NCBI RefSeq assembly: GCF_000039765.1
Contig: NC_004459.3
Span: 2,271,127 to 2,303,126, forward strand
From: Vibrio vulnificus CMCP6
GTDB taxonomy: Bacteria; Pseudomonadota; Gammaproteobacteria; Enterobacterales; Vibrionaceae
DNA length: 32,000 nucleotides
Reading direction: 5' to 3'
Part shown: piece after piece, positions 1 to 8,243 of the stretch
Position numbering within the stretch: position 1 is the stretch's first letter
Layout: each line of letters starts with the position of its first letter
Notes under the pieces: generated by a model
Told to the model about the DNA's origin: nothing
Database searches by the model: none
Seen by the model: only the letters and a program-made list of their open reading frames with translations
Translations under genes and position numbers: made by a program

Positions 1-618
1 TACAATGATCTTGCGGATCAGCGTCATGGTGATCAAAAAGCCCACAAAAGCAATCGAAGACATAATCGCAATGGCAAACATCGCTTGCTTATTAATCATC
101 GAATTGACATGGCTTAAGTTGTATTCCAAACGAATTGCACCCAAGACTTCGCCTTCTGCAGCCATATGACAGGCCACACAATTGGTGCCTCGGTAATTCT
201 CGCTGGATTTCATTGGCAGAGCGACGACCAAACCTTTGCCCCAATCGGCTTCCACAGGTTCGATCACCAACTCACCATTTAACGCTCTCTGATCGATGTC
301 ATCTTGTGGGGCTTGATTCGCTTGGCCTGGACCATACAACTTACTCACCAACTCACTGCGTAATACACGGACTTGCTCAATACCATCTTGGGCGAGGGCT
401 TTTTGTCGCAATGTCTCTTTCTGGGCCATAGTGCCCGTGAGCATCATCATATTTAGGCTGTCGAAATAGTTACTGGCCTTGTCGTGCAGTTGTTCACTTA
501 AAACAGAGTTAATAAGCTGTTTTTGTTGATAATATTGATAAGCTGTCGATACCGCTAGGACAAAGGTAAAGACGGTGATAAGGGCAACAAGTAATTTGAA
601 CGTAATGGTTGAGCGCAT
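1..618 (-). CDS. Membrane sensor protein, N-terminal 206 aa only (gene continues past the window start). Layout is TM, periplasmic domain with CxxCH motif, TM. The output domain is not visible (MCP-like or another transducer).
   Basis: Absent from the supplied ORF track because it runs off the edge. Reverse-strand ATG at 618-616, open to position 1 (206 codons): MRSTITFKLLVALITVFTFVLAVSTAYQYY...NYRGTNCVACHMAAEGEVLGAIRLEY...AMFAIAIMSSIAFVGFLITMTLIRKIIV. Two hydrophobic helices flank about 150 aa. The + strand ORF 135..431 is its antisense shadow. Confidence 0.65.
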   Translation of the reverse strand, partial: MRSTITFKLLVALITVFTFVLAVSTAYQYYQQKQLINSVLSEQLHDKASNYFDSLNMMMLTGTMAQKETLRQKALAQDGIEQVRVLRSELVSKLYGPGQANQAPQDDIDQRALNGELVIEPVEADWGKGLVVALPMKSSENYRGTNCVACHMAAEGEVLGAIRLEYNLSHVNSMINKQAMFAIAIMSSIAFVGFLITMTLIRKIIV

Positions 619-843
619 AGTTTTTATAATTGAGTTTTGGAATAGACCTCAATATTTTAAGCTGACGTTTAAAGTGTCGCGATCATGAGATTTCTGCAGT
701 GTGACCATAGACAAAATAAGGTTTTTGTAAATGTGATGTGAGTACGTTGTGAACGTATTATTGACGTAATGGTCATTATTCCGACATGCGACTTAGGTCT
801 AATCCATAGAGCGAAACGTTTGGCTGGAGATTATTGTTCGATA

Positions 844-873
844 TTCACAGCCAACGCTTGTCACTCCTATAAT
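844..873 (+). promoter_or_regulatory. Candidate sigma70 promoter for queD (-35 TTCACA 844-849, 18-nt spacer, -10 TATAAT 868-873)
   Basis: Hexamers read directly from the sequence about 40 nt upstream of the queD start. No other support. Confidence 0.35.
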
Positions 874-914
874 TAATCCTTAGTATTGCCACTCTTTGAA
901 AAAGCCTGAGTATC

Positions 915-1280
915 GTGATGAGAACCGAATTGTATAAAGAGTTCATGTTTGAAGCTGCCCATCATCTTCCACATGTTCCTGAAGGTCATAAATGTGGTCG
1001 CCTACATGGCCATTCATTCTTAGTTCGTTTATATGTTGAAGGTGAAGTGGATCCGCATACGGGCTGGGTAGTGGACTTTGCTGAAATCAAAGCGGCGTTT
1101 AAACCGATTTATAACCGCTTAGATCACTATTACTTAAATGATATTAAAGGCCTAGAAAACCCAACCAGCGAAGTACTGGCAAAATGGATTTGGCAACAAC
1201 TTAAGCCAAATTTGCCGCTACTGAGCAAAGTGGAAATCAAGGAAACCTGCACCGCAGGCTGCATCTACAAAGGTGAGTAA
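915..1280 (+). CDS. queD: 6-carboxy-5,6,7,8-tetrahydropterin synthase (queuosine biosynthesis)
   Basis: 121 aa, colinear with E. coli QueD/YgcM as I recall it: [71 protein letters not shown]. Start is GTG 915 or ATG 918. Confidence 0.95.
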   Translation: MMRTELYKEFMFEAAHHLPHVPEGHKCGRLHGHSFLVRLYVEGEVDPHTGWVVDFAEIKAAFKPIYNRLDHYYLNDIKGLENPTSEVLAKWIWQQLKPNLPLLSKVEIKETCTAGCIYKGE

Positions 1281-1300
1281 TCTCCTTTAGCAAATTGAAA

Positions 1301-1335
1301 CAAAGGCAAGCATCAAGCTTGCCTTTGTTGTTTCT
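1301..1335. terminator. Bidirectional rho-independent terminator between convergent queD and the GNAT gene
   Basis: Perfect 11-bp stem caaaggcaagc (1301-1311) / gcttgcctttg (1317-1327) with a 5-nt loop. T-rich tail ttgtttct follows on the + strand, and an A-rich run (ttgaaa) precedes it for the - strand. Confidence 0.75.
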
Positions 1336-1352
1336 GAGCTGGGTTAAAACGT

Positions 1353-1820
1353 TTATCCCAGTGGGTGGCGTAAAATCCACTCTTTTTCTACTTCGCCATA
1401 GATGACTTTATCGGTATTGGTAAAGCCAGCAGAGAGGAAAAACTGATTGGCCGTTTTGTGGCTGTTTGGCACGGTCAGGCAAAGAGAATTACTCTCTGGA
1501 TCAATGGTGTACGCATACACAAACAGCTTTTTCAGTGCCTCAGTTCCTATACCTTGACGTTGGTATTGACGATCAATCATCAGGTAGTTCAGCCCCAGCT
1601 CATGGCGTTTGGCAAATGGCGCGTGCTGAGAAAACCCTTTATCAATGACCAAATAACCAACCGTCGAACTGTCCGAATAAATCGTAAAAAACGCTTCGGA
1701 CTTATGGCGTTTTTGATAAGCCTGCTCAAAAGGCTTAAAAAATCCTTTTTGTTCTTCATGCACATCCAATTGCATCAAGCTGGCGAAATCTCGTAGCTTA
1801 GTAGGCTTTATTGCAATCAT
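1353..1820 (-). CDS. GNAT-family N-acetyltransferase, substrate unknown
   Basis: 155 aa with the acetyl-CoA binding motif A (RQYQRQGIGTEALKKL). Typical GNAT length. Confidence 0.8.
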   Translation of the reverse strand: MIAIKPTKLRDFASLMQLDVHEEQKGFFKPFEQAYQKRHKSEAFFTIYSDSSTVGYLVIDKGFSQHAPFAKRHELGLNYLMIDRQYQRQGIGTEALKKLFVYAYTIDPESNSLCLTVPNSHKTANQFFLSAGFTNTDKVIYGEVEKEWILRHPLG

Positions 1821-2000
1821 GACAGTAAATAGCGAAACGATAAGTGCGAGGTGGCATTATAAATTCCAATCAATGCTATCGTCTAGGTATTTGATTGTAT
1901 TCATAATTGGCTTCATTACTGCTGGCTTTCATTTCGTGCAAAGTTTGTTCACGGTGATTGTACTGTTGATGAAATGACACTCACCGTGACAAGCAAAGTA

Positions 2001-3716
2001 TTAATAGTGAAGCGGATAGTAGTAACCCTGATGCACATAGGCTCCAAGGGTGGTGAGCAAATGGGCGCTGTCGGCCGTCTCAACACCTTCAACAATCACA
2101 GTGCAGTGGTAGGTTTTACCCATGGCAATTAATTGTCTTAGTGTTTCAATTTTCTTGTCATCACTTTTTACCCCAATCACAAACTCGCGGTCGATTTTGA
2201 GATAGTCAGGATTAATCTTGCTGATCAAGGCGACGTTATTGTTGCCAGTCCCAAAGTCATCAATGCTGATTTTGCAATCGAGCTGCTTTAACTTGGCCAC
2301 ATTTTGGTAAATTTCGGCAGTGTAATACATAGAGGCATTCTCGGTTATCTCAATGGTCAGCAAACGACAATCGAGGCTGGCGAGTTCACGATAGAGTGCG
2401 GAGAAATTATGCCCTTGCAGTAATGTGGGGCAGACATTGATGCTAATTGGCACTTTAAGTGATGGTTGGTTGGCATAAATGGCCCGAAGAACCAGAATGG
2501 TGTGAGTAAGCAACAAGCCATTACCAATCAGGGTTTCAATGAACTTTTGTGTGTTTTTGACCTTAAATCGGGATAAGGCTTCAAAATGAATGGTTTTTTG
2601 TGTCGAAGTGTTATAAATCGGCTCTAGGCGGATACTAAAATGTCGAATAGCGAGAAGATAGAACAGAAAAGCTTGGATCGACTTGTATCGAAGCACACAC
2701 AAAAAGAACGTACTTAAAGCCAAGATGCTCTGAAACGGGCCAGAGACATAAAACACTTCCTTGTAGCCGTTGTTGTCGGTTTTAAAATGAAAAAAGCGCT
2801 CTTTGGTATTGCCGATCTCAAGGGACGTACCGGTGTTGGTGGAGAGTTTCATTCCTGCGAGGAAAAAGCGTGAGATATGATTTTCGACACTGTTTGACAG
2901 ATTGATGTTTTTGACTCGCACCAGCACCACAGCGTCATTGAGTTCATAGGCTTGGGTGGTGTAGTTTTCGTTTTTGCTCCATTCGTTGAAGGCTTTTTCG
3001 CTGACTGGAGAAACCGTCTCTGGTGTGATCAAGCATCGTATGTTGAATCTATCGAGCATCATGCTCGACTCCACCAATTTAACATTGTCAAATTGCTCTC
3101 TTAGCGCCGCTTCGTTGGCAAAACAGCTCATTTCAGACAGGTTTTGCGCAATGTCGAGTGAGCTGTCTAGGTAGTTGTGCCGTACAATACTGTTAATGGC
3201 GTAATAGCATACGGCGAAAAAAATCAATGCCGTCACCAACATGACCAGCGTGATGTCAGAGTAGATCTTGCGGTTCTTCAGCCCAATGGCCAGCGCTTTC
3301 CAGACACTGTTTTTGGTGTGTCGATTAATGCGCTCTTGCTGATAAAGGCCGTTGTCGTAGTGATGCTGCATAAGAAATGGGATGAAATATCCTGTCCGAT
3401 GAATGTTTTCGATGATGTTTTTATGAGTGGTGAAGTGATCTTCCGTGAGCTTGCGAAACTTCTTTCTTAAAGCGGCCACCGCATTTTTAAACCCATTTTC
3501 GGGCAGTGCCACCTTGTATTGCTGAGTGATTTTTCTCTCGACAGAGCGCTGACTGACGGGAGCATTTAGGCTACCGTGTGCGGCGATAATCGACAGAATG
3601 GCATACTCATTTTGTGTGACGGGAATAGCGTCGTGGAGTGTGTTATTGAGCTCTAGTGAAATTTCGTTTTCGGACAAGCAAACGCAGATTTGGTTTCCTA
3701 GTTCAAACCTAATCAT
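2001..3716 (-). CDS. Membrane-anchored c-di-GMP phosphodiesterase candidate: N-terminal OmpR/ToxR-type winged-helix domain, TM, ~150-aa periplasmic loop, TM, EAL domain
   Basis: 571 aa. wHTH signature at aa ~30-112 (VTQNEYAILSII...AALRKKFRKL...IENIHRTGYFIPF). Hydrophobic helices at aa ~154-177 and ~328-357. EAL residues present: FEALSRF, ISINVCP, TIEITEN, IDDFGTG, KIDREF, VEGVET, HQGYYY. Confidence 0.85.
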   Translation of the reverse strand: MIRFELGNQICVCLSENEISLELNNTLHDAIPVTQNEYAILSIIAAHGSLNAPVSQRSVERKITQQYKVALPENGFKNAVAALRKKFRKLTEDHFTTHKNIIENIHRTGYFIPFLMQHHYDNGLYQQERINRHTKNSVWKALAIGLKNRKIYSDITLVMLVTALIFFAVCYYAINSIVRHNYLDSSLDIAQNLSEMSCFANEAALREQFDNVKLVESSMMLDRFNIRCLITPETVSPVSEKAFNEWSKNENYTTQAYELNDAVVLVRVKNINLSNSVENHISRFFLAGMKLSTNTGTSLEIGNTKERFFHFKTDNNGYKEVFYVSGPFQSILALSTFFLCVLRYKSIQAFLFYLLAIRHFSIRLEPIYNTSTQKTIHFEALSRFKVKNTQKFIETLIGNGLLLTHTILVLRAIYANQPSLKVPISINVCPTLLQGHNFSALYRELASLDCRLLTIEITENASMYYTAEIYQNVAKLKQLDCKISIDDFGTGNNNVALISKINPDYLKIDREFVIGVKSDDKKIETLRQLIAMGKTYHCTVIVEGVETADSAHLLTTLGAYVHQGYYYPLHY

Positions 3717-3934
3717 GTGTTGTGGGGCTCCAAATTAAATTTTTGGCTACGTTATCAATAAATTGCGGTTTGGGATGTGATTTTTTACGGGGATATCCTA
3801 AACAATTGGATATAGTGATGATTTTAGAATTTTTTATAGTTTTATAAATGAAACGATTCAGAGCGTAGCAATAAGGGTGAAATGAGCGGTCTAAAGGGCG
3901 AGCAACCGCTTGGAACGACGAACAGAGAACAGCA

Positions 3935-3966
3935 CAAAAAAAGCCCAGGCAATAAATACCTGGGCT
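3935..3966 (-). terminator. Rho-independent terminator of sdaA
   Basis: On the - strand: agcccagg / cctgggct 8-bp GC-rich stem (3942-3949 / 3959-3966) followed by a run of seven T (A-run 3935-3942 on +). Lies 24 nt after the sdaA stop. Confidence 0.8.
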
Positions 3967-3989
3967 TAAATCTCATTACGCTGAGGATA

Positions 3990-5351
3990 TTAGCAAATCA
4001 CTTTAATGGCTAGGCCACCTTGTGATGTTTCACGGTATTTCGCGTTCATGTCTTTGCCTGTTTCCAGCATCGTCTCAATCACTTTATCCAAAGAGACGCG
4101 AGGTGCAGAAGAGCGACGAAGTGCCATACGTGTTGAGTTAATCGCTTTCACCGCCGCAATACCATTACGCTCGATACATGGAACCTGTACCTGACCTGCA
4201 ACTGGGTCACACGTTAGACCAAGGTTGTGCTCCATAGCGATTTCTGCTGCCATACACACTTGCTCTGGGCTACCGCCCATAAGCTCAGCAAGGCCAGCTG
4301 CTGCCATAGAACAAGCCACGCCTACTTCGCCTTGACAGCCGACTTCAGCGCCAGAGATAGAAGCGTTACGTTTGTACAGACCGCCAATCGCACCCGATGC
4401 AGCAAAGTAACGGATGTAATCTTTCTCTGTCACTGTTTGGATGAACTTGTCGTAGTACGCTAGAACGGCTGGGATGATACCACATGCGCCGTTAGTGGGT
4501 GCTGTTACGACTCGACCGCCTGCTGCGTTCTCTTCGTTTACCGCAAAAGCGAACATGTTTACCCAGTCAACCACGGCCATAGGATCGTTCGAGGTTTTTT
4601 CTGAGGTTAGCAGTTGCTGGCGAAGTGCTGCCGCACGACGAGGAACACGCAGTGGACCAGGCAGAATGCCTTCTTCGTTCATACCACGCTCCATACACTC
4701 GCGCATGGTGCGCCAAATGTTTGCGAAGTAAGTACGAGTCTCTTCATCTGAGTGCAGAGCGTGCTCGTTTTTCATCACAAGTGCGCTGATAGACAAACCG
4801 TGCTCTTTACACTGGTTGACTAACTCTTCCGCTGAGATGTACTCATAAGGGACTTTGATAGAGCTGTTGTTGTCTTTACCAAAGTTCTCTTCATCCACGA
4901 TGAAACCACCACCGATTGAGTAGTAGGTTTTTGAGTATACTTTTTCGTCATCAATCCAAGCGTGGATTTGCATGCCGTTTTCGTGCAACTCAAGATTGGT
5001 CTTGTGGAAGTTCATTCCGCCTTCACGAGGGAATGAAACGGTATGACAATGCATGCCAACTGGCAGGCGTTCAGTTTCTTCTACACGAGCAATGAAGCCC
5101 GGAATGGAATCGATATCCACCTTCTCTGGTGTATTACCAGCAAGACCCATGATGATGGCGATATCCGTATGGTGACCTTTCCCTGTCAGTGATAATGAAC
5201 CATAAACATCAACGGTGATTTTAGTGATGTCACGTAATTTTCCCATTGCGCGAAGATCATCAATAAACTCTTTACCCGCTTTCATTGGACCTACAGTGTG
5301 TGAGCTTGAAGGACCAACGCCGATCTTATAGATATCAAATACACTAATCAT
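3990..5351 (-). CDS. sdaA: L-serine dehydratase (4Fe-4S, single-chain type)
   Basis: 453 aa, colinear with E. coli SdaA/SdaB as I recall them: FKIGVGPSSSHTVGPMKAGK, SLSLTGKGHHTDIAIIMGLAGN, TAPTNGACGIIPAVLAYY, SGAEVGCQGEVGVACSMAAAGLAE, PCIERN. Sits downstream of sdaC as in the E. coli sdaCB operon, so sdaA versus sdaB naming is arbitrary. Confidence 0.95.
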   Translation of the reverse strand: MISVFDIYKIGVGPSSSHTVGPMKAGKEFIDDLRAMGKLRDITKITVDVYGSLSLTGKGHHTDIAIIMGLAGNTPEKVDIDSIPGFIARVEETERLPVGMHCHTVSFPREGGMNFHKTNLELHENGMQIHAWIDDEKVYSKTYYSIGGGFIVDEENFGKDNNSSIKVPYEYISAEELVNQCKEHGLSISALVMKNEHALHSDEETRTYFANIWRTMRECMERGMNEEGILPGPLRVPRRAAALRQQLLTSEKTSNDPMAVVDWVNMFAFAVNEENAAGGRVVTAPTNGACGIIPAVLAYYDKFIQTVTEKDYIRYFAASGAIGGLYKRNASISGAEVGCQGEVGVACSMAAAGLAELMGGSPEQVCMAAEIAMEHNLGLTCDPVAGQVQVPCIERNGIAAVKAINSTRMALRRSSAPRVSLDKVIETMLETGKDMNAKYRETSQGGLAIKVIC

Positions 5352-5360
5352 TTTGATTAC

Positions 5361-5395
5361 CTCAAAAGTAAGCCTCCCAAGGAGGAGGGAGGCTT
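5361..5395 (-). terminator. Intercistronic stem-loop between sdaC and sdaA (partial terminator or mRNA-processing/stability element)
   Basis: Perfect 9-bp stem aagcctccc (5370-5378) / gggaggctt (5387-5395). On the - strand it is followed by acttttgagg, which also contains the sdaA Shine-Dalgarno. Confidence 0.5.
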
Positions 5396-5447
5396 TATCT
5401 TATCGTTATGCTTTTGTCTTTATTCTCATCTTACAGGGGGAGTGAGA

Positions 5448-6701
5448 TTAAAGAGCGCCGTAGATTACAGAAGTAATAGAAGCAAGACCACAGATAACTG
5501 TGAAAATCTGCACAGCTGCTGAAGTTTTATACTTCGCCATCGCTGGCACTTTTTGCATTGCAAATACAGGCATTAGGAACAGGATTGCCGCAATCATTGG
5601 TGCGCCCATTGTTTCAATCATGCCTAGGATACTTGGGTTAACGATAGCCACGATCCAAGTAGTGATAACGATGAACAGTAGCGACGCTTTCTCGATCTTG
5701 CTGATAGGGCTGTTTGAGCGAGATTTGATCAGACCAACTAGACCTTCATGCGCACCAAGGAAGTGACCGAAGTAGCTAGAAGTGATCGCTGCAAACGCAA
5801 CCAGTGGACCAAGGTAAGAGATCAGTGGAGACTCATGCACGTTCGCTAGGTAAGAAAGTACAGAGATGTTTTGCTCTTTCGCAGAAGCCAGTTGCTCTGG
5901 AGACATAGACAGCACAACAGAGAATACGAAGAACATCACAAAGCCCATTAGCATCATCGCTGCACCGCCAGTGATCGCATCGGTTTTCTGAACCGCTTTG
6001 TCACCATGCTGTAGGCGTTGTTCTTTAGAGAACTGAGAGATGATTGGGCTGTGGTTGAATGAGAACACGATGATCGGGATAGCTAGCCATACGACAACAG
6101 GCATAGAAGACCAATCAGGTGCCACTTGCATCATCGACGTGTTCCAATCTGGGATCAAGTAGACAGAAAGTGCAAGAAGAACGAATACTAGTGGGTAAAC
6201 CATTGCAGACGTTGCTTTTAGCATCAGTTCTTTACCAAATACCACACCAGCGGTCATTGCAAGGATCAATGCGCCAGATAGCAGTGGACGTGGAATGGAT
6301 TCCATACCCATTTGGTTAACAAGGAAAGAGTCTACTGTGTTTGTGATACCAACACCGTAAATCAGAACGATTGGGTAGATAGCGAAGAAATAGGCAAAAG
6401 TAATAAGGTTTGCGCCAGTCTTACCAAAGTGCTCTTCTACAGTGTCAGTGATGTCCGCTTCAGGGTTCTTAGCAGAAAGAACGAAACGAGCGAGAGATTT
6501 GTGAGCGAACCAAGTCATTGGTGCTGCAAGTAGCGCTAGCATAACTAATGGCCAGAAGCCGCCAGCACCCGCTTTAATTGGAAGGAAAAGTACACCAGCA
6601 CCTACCGCTGTACCGAAAAGGGACAGACACCAAGTGAAATCTTTGTAAGTAAACTTACTAGAAGATTGTACGGCAGGAGCCGCAGTTGAAGTTGTTTTCA
6701 T
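5448..6701 (-). CDS. sdaC: Serine transporter (HAAAP family, SdaC-like)
   Basis: 417 aa polytopic membrane protein. N-terminal FTxxDFxWxLSLFGTAVGAGVLFLPI signature typical of SdaC/TdcC. Immediately upstream of the serine dehydratase on the same strand. Confidence 0.9.
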   Translation of the reverse strand: MKTTSTAAPAVQSSSKFTYKDFTWCLSLFGTAVGAGVLFLPIKAGAGGFWPLVMLALLAAPMTWFAHKSLARFVLSAKNPEADITDTVEEHFGKTGANLITFAYFFAIYPIVLIYGVGITNTVDSFLVNQMGMESIPRPLLSGALILAMTAGVVFGKELMLKATSAMVYPLVFVLLALSVYLIPDWNTSMMQVAPDWSSMPVVVWLAIPIIVFSFNHSPIISQFSKEQRLQHGDKAVQKTDAITGGAAMMLMGFVMFFVFSVVLSMSPEQLASAKEQNISVLSYLANVHESPLISYLGPLVAFAAITSSYFGHFLGAHEGLVGLIKSRSNSPISKIEKASLLFIVITTWIVAIVNPSILGMIETMGAPMIAAILFLMPVFAMQKVPAMAKYKTSAAVQIFTVICGLASITSVIYGAL

Positions 6702-6991
6702 TTTTGATTACTCATTTTGGGAACAGGAAATAAGTCGGCCGCAATTCTGCACTTTTTTGTTGCAAGAAAATTAGATCTAAATCATGTATTGCTCGTGCTT
6801 ATTGAATGATATGTCAAAAACCTGTTTATTATCACGAAAATGATGTGCTACACGTGATTATTGCTAATGCATGCCATTAGAAAAACTAATTTGAAGGGGT
6901 GTTTGTACAAAATATTCTCATGCCAAACGTTTGCCTTGGCGGAGATTAAAATAACTAACCTGATGCTTGGTAACGAGGCCGTTAACAACTC

Positions 6992-7618
6992 TTAACCTCG
7001 TTTCATAATTTGTTGCTGCATGGCTTGGATTATCTGGGCAGTCATCCCCCAGATAAAATGATGCTGATAGGGAATGGCAAAGACTCGATGATGAGATTGA
7101 TTCACGCGAAACTGGGCACTTTTCAGTTTCTGCGTATCAAGTAGGTGATTGGCGGGCACTTCGAACACCTCATCGACCTCATTTTTATCAATGACGATTT
7201 GATAATTTGGTTCGACAAACGCCAATATTGGTGTGACTTTGAACCGACTGACGGTAACCAATTCCGGCATTTGGCCAAAAATGGAGATCGCATCGGGTGC
7301 AATTCCTATCTCTTCGCGGGTCTCGCGCAACGCCGTTGCTTGTAAAGAACAATCACTCTCTTCGTACTTGCCACCCGGAAAGCTGATTTGCCCCGGATGA
7401 TGTTTCAGATGAGAGGCGCGTTTAGTCAGAATCACATTCAAGCCTTGTTCTCGTTCAACAAAGCCAATTAACACGGCGGCATCGCGAAGCTTACTGCCTT
7501 TCAAGTGTGCAACACGTGCGGTGGACTCTGCGTGATAACCGCGAGGCAGATTGAACTGAAAAGATTGTAATAGTTGATTTTTATTAAGCTCAAACAAGGT
7601 ATTACCTCTGCCCGTCAT
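6992..7618 (-). CDS. nudL: Nudix hydrolase, CoA pyrophosphatase type
   Basis: 208 aa. Nudix box GGKYEESDCSLQATALRETREEIGI, preceded by HPGQISFPGG, which is typical of the NudL/CoA pyrophosphatase subgroup. Confidence 0.8.
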   Translation of the reverse strand: MTGRGNTLFELNKNQLLQSFQFNLPRGYHAESTARVAHLKGSKLRDAAVLIGFVEREQGLNVILTKRASHLKHHPGQISFPGGKYEESDCSLQATALRETREEIGIAPDAISIFGQMPELVTVSRFKVTPILAFVEPNYQIVIDKNEVDEVFEVPANHLLDTQKLKSAQFRVNQSHHRVFAIPYQHHFIWGMTAQIIQAMQQQIMKRG

Positions 7619-7685
7619 TTGATCAAACCTACTTTATACACCATGCTTATTTGGCATAGCGTCTAATTACAGGGTAGCGCAAAAA

Positions 7686-8243
7686 ATGAAGGGAATCATT
7701 TTCACTGAATTTTTGGAATTGGTCGAAGAGAAATTTGGTTTGACCGTACTGGACGATATTTTGGACAGGGCAGGAGATGAGGGTGTCTACACCGCAGTAG
7801 GGAGCTACGACCACCGAAAACTGGTCAGTTTGATTGTGCATCTTAGCCAAGTGACGGGGCTGTCTGTTGAGCAGTTGCAAGAGGTCTTCGGTGAGGCCGT
7901 GTTCGACAACTTATTGGCGTCCATTTCTAATCGTTCAAGCCTGCATCAATGTCACTCAACCTTTCAGTTTATTCGCCATGTGGAAGAGTATATCCATGTT
8001 GAGGTGAAGAAACTCTACCCCGATGCCAAGCCACCGGAATTTATCTTCATCGAACAAGATCGAATGAAGATGGTGTTTGACTACAAAAGCGCGCGTTGCA
8101 TGGGGCATGTTTGCCTTGGATTGATGAGAGGGTGTGCCAAGCATTTTGGCGAAGAACTGGCGATACAGATGGAGACACTCAACCCAACAGGCAGTCACGT
8201 TCGTTTCAATGTTGCTTTGGTAAAGGGTAAACAAGATGGATGA
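7686..8243 (+). CDS. hnoX: H-NOX (heme nitric oxide/oxygen binding) sensor protein
   Basis: 185 aa. MKGIIFTEFLELVEEKFG N-terminus, proximal His in EEYIHVEVKKLYPDAKPP, and the heme-propionate YxSxR motif (YKSAR). Translationally coupled to the downstream kinase (8-nt overlap ATGGATGA). Confidence 0.9.
   Translation: MKGIIFTEFLELVEEKFGLTVLDDILDRAGDEGVYTAVGSYDHRKLVSLIVHLSQVTGLSVEQLQEVFGEAVFDNLLASISNRSSLHQCHSTFQFIRHVEEYIHVEVKKLYPDAKPPEFIFIEQDRMKMVFDYKSARCMGHVCLGLMRGCAKHFGEELAIQMETLNPTGSHVRFNVALVKGKQDG

Noticed and set aside
135-431. Track ORF of 98 aa on the + strand
   Set aside because: It lies entirely antisense to the much better supported edge-truncated sensor gene (1..618, - strand). Its Pro/Arg/His/Leu-rich, low-complexity translation is typical of a shadow frame.
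620-914. Possible preQ1 riboswitch upstream of queD
   Set aside because: I could not find the short hairpin plus A-rich tail (…CCCUCUAUAAAAAACUAA-like) characteristic of preQ1-I. I also found no pseudoknot-forming complement. The leader after the candidate promoter is only ~40 nt.
1949-1989. 9-bp inverted repeat tcacggtga ... tcaccgtga downstream of the wHTH-EAL gene as its terminator
   Set aside because: The loop is 23 nt long and no U-tract follows on the - strand (acaaacuuug). It is not a convincing intrinsic terminator.
6840-6870. CRP-like TGTGC-N6-TGATT / CACGTG palindrome upstream of sdaC
   Set aside because: The second half-site does not match TCACA on either strand, so only one half is CRP-like.
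7640-7662. ATGC-N7-GCAT inverted repeat in the 67-bp nudL/hnoX divergent region as a possible NsrR (NO-responsive repressor) site
   Set aside because: It has only 4-bp arms. Alignment to the remembered 11-1-11 NsrR consensus gives about 7/11 and 4/11 matches, which is not distinguishable from chance.
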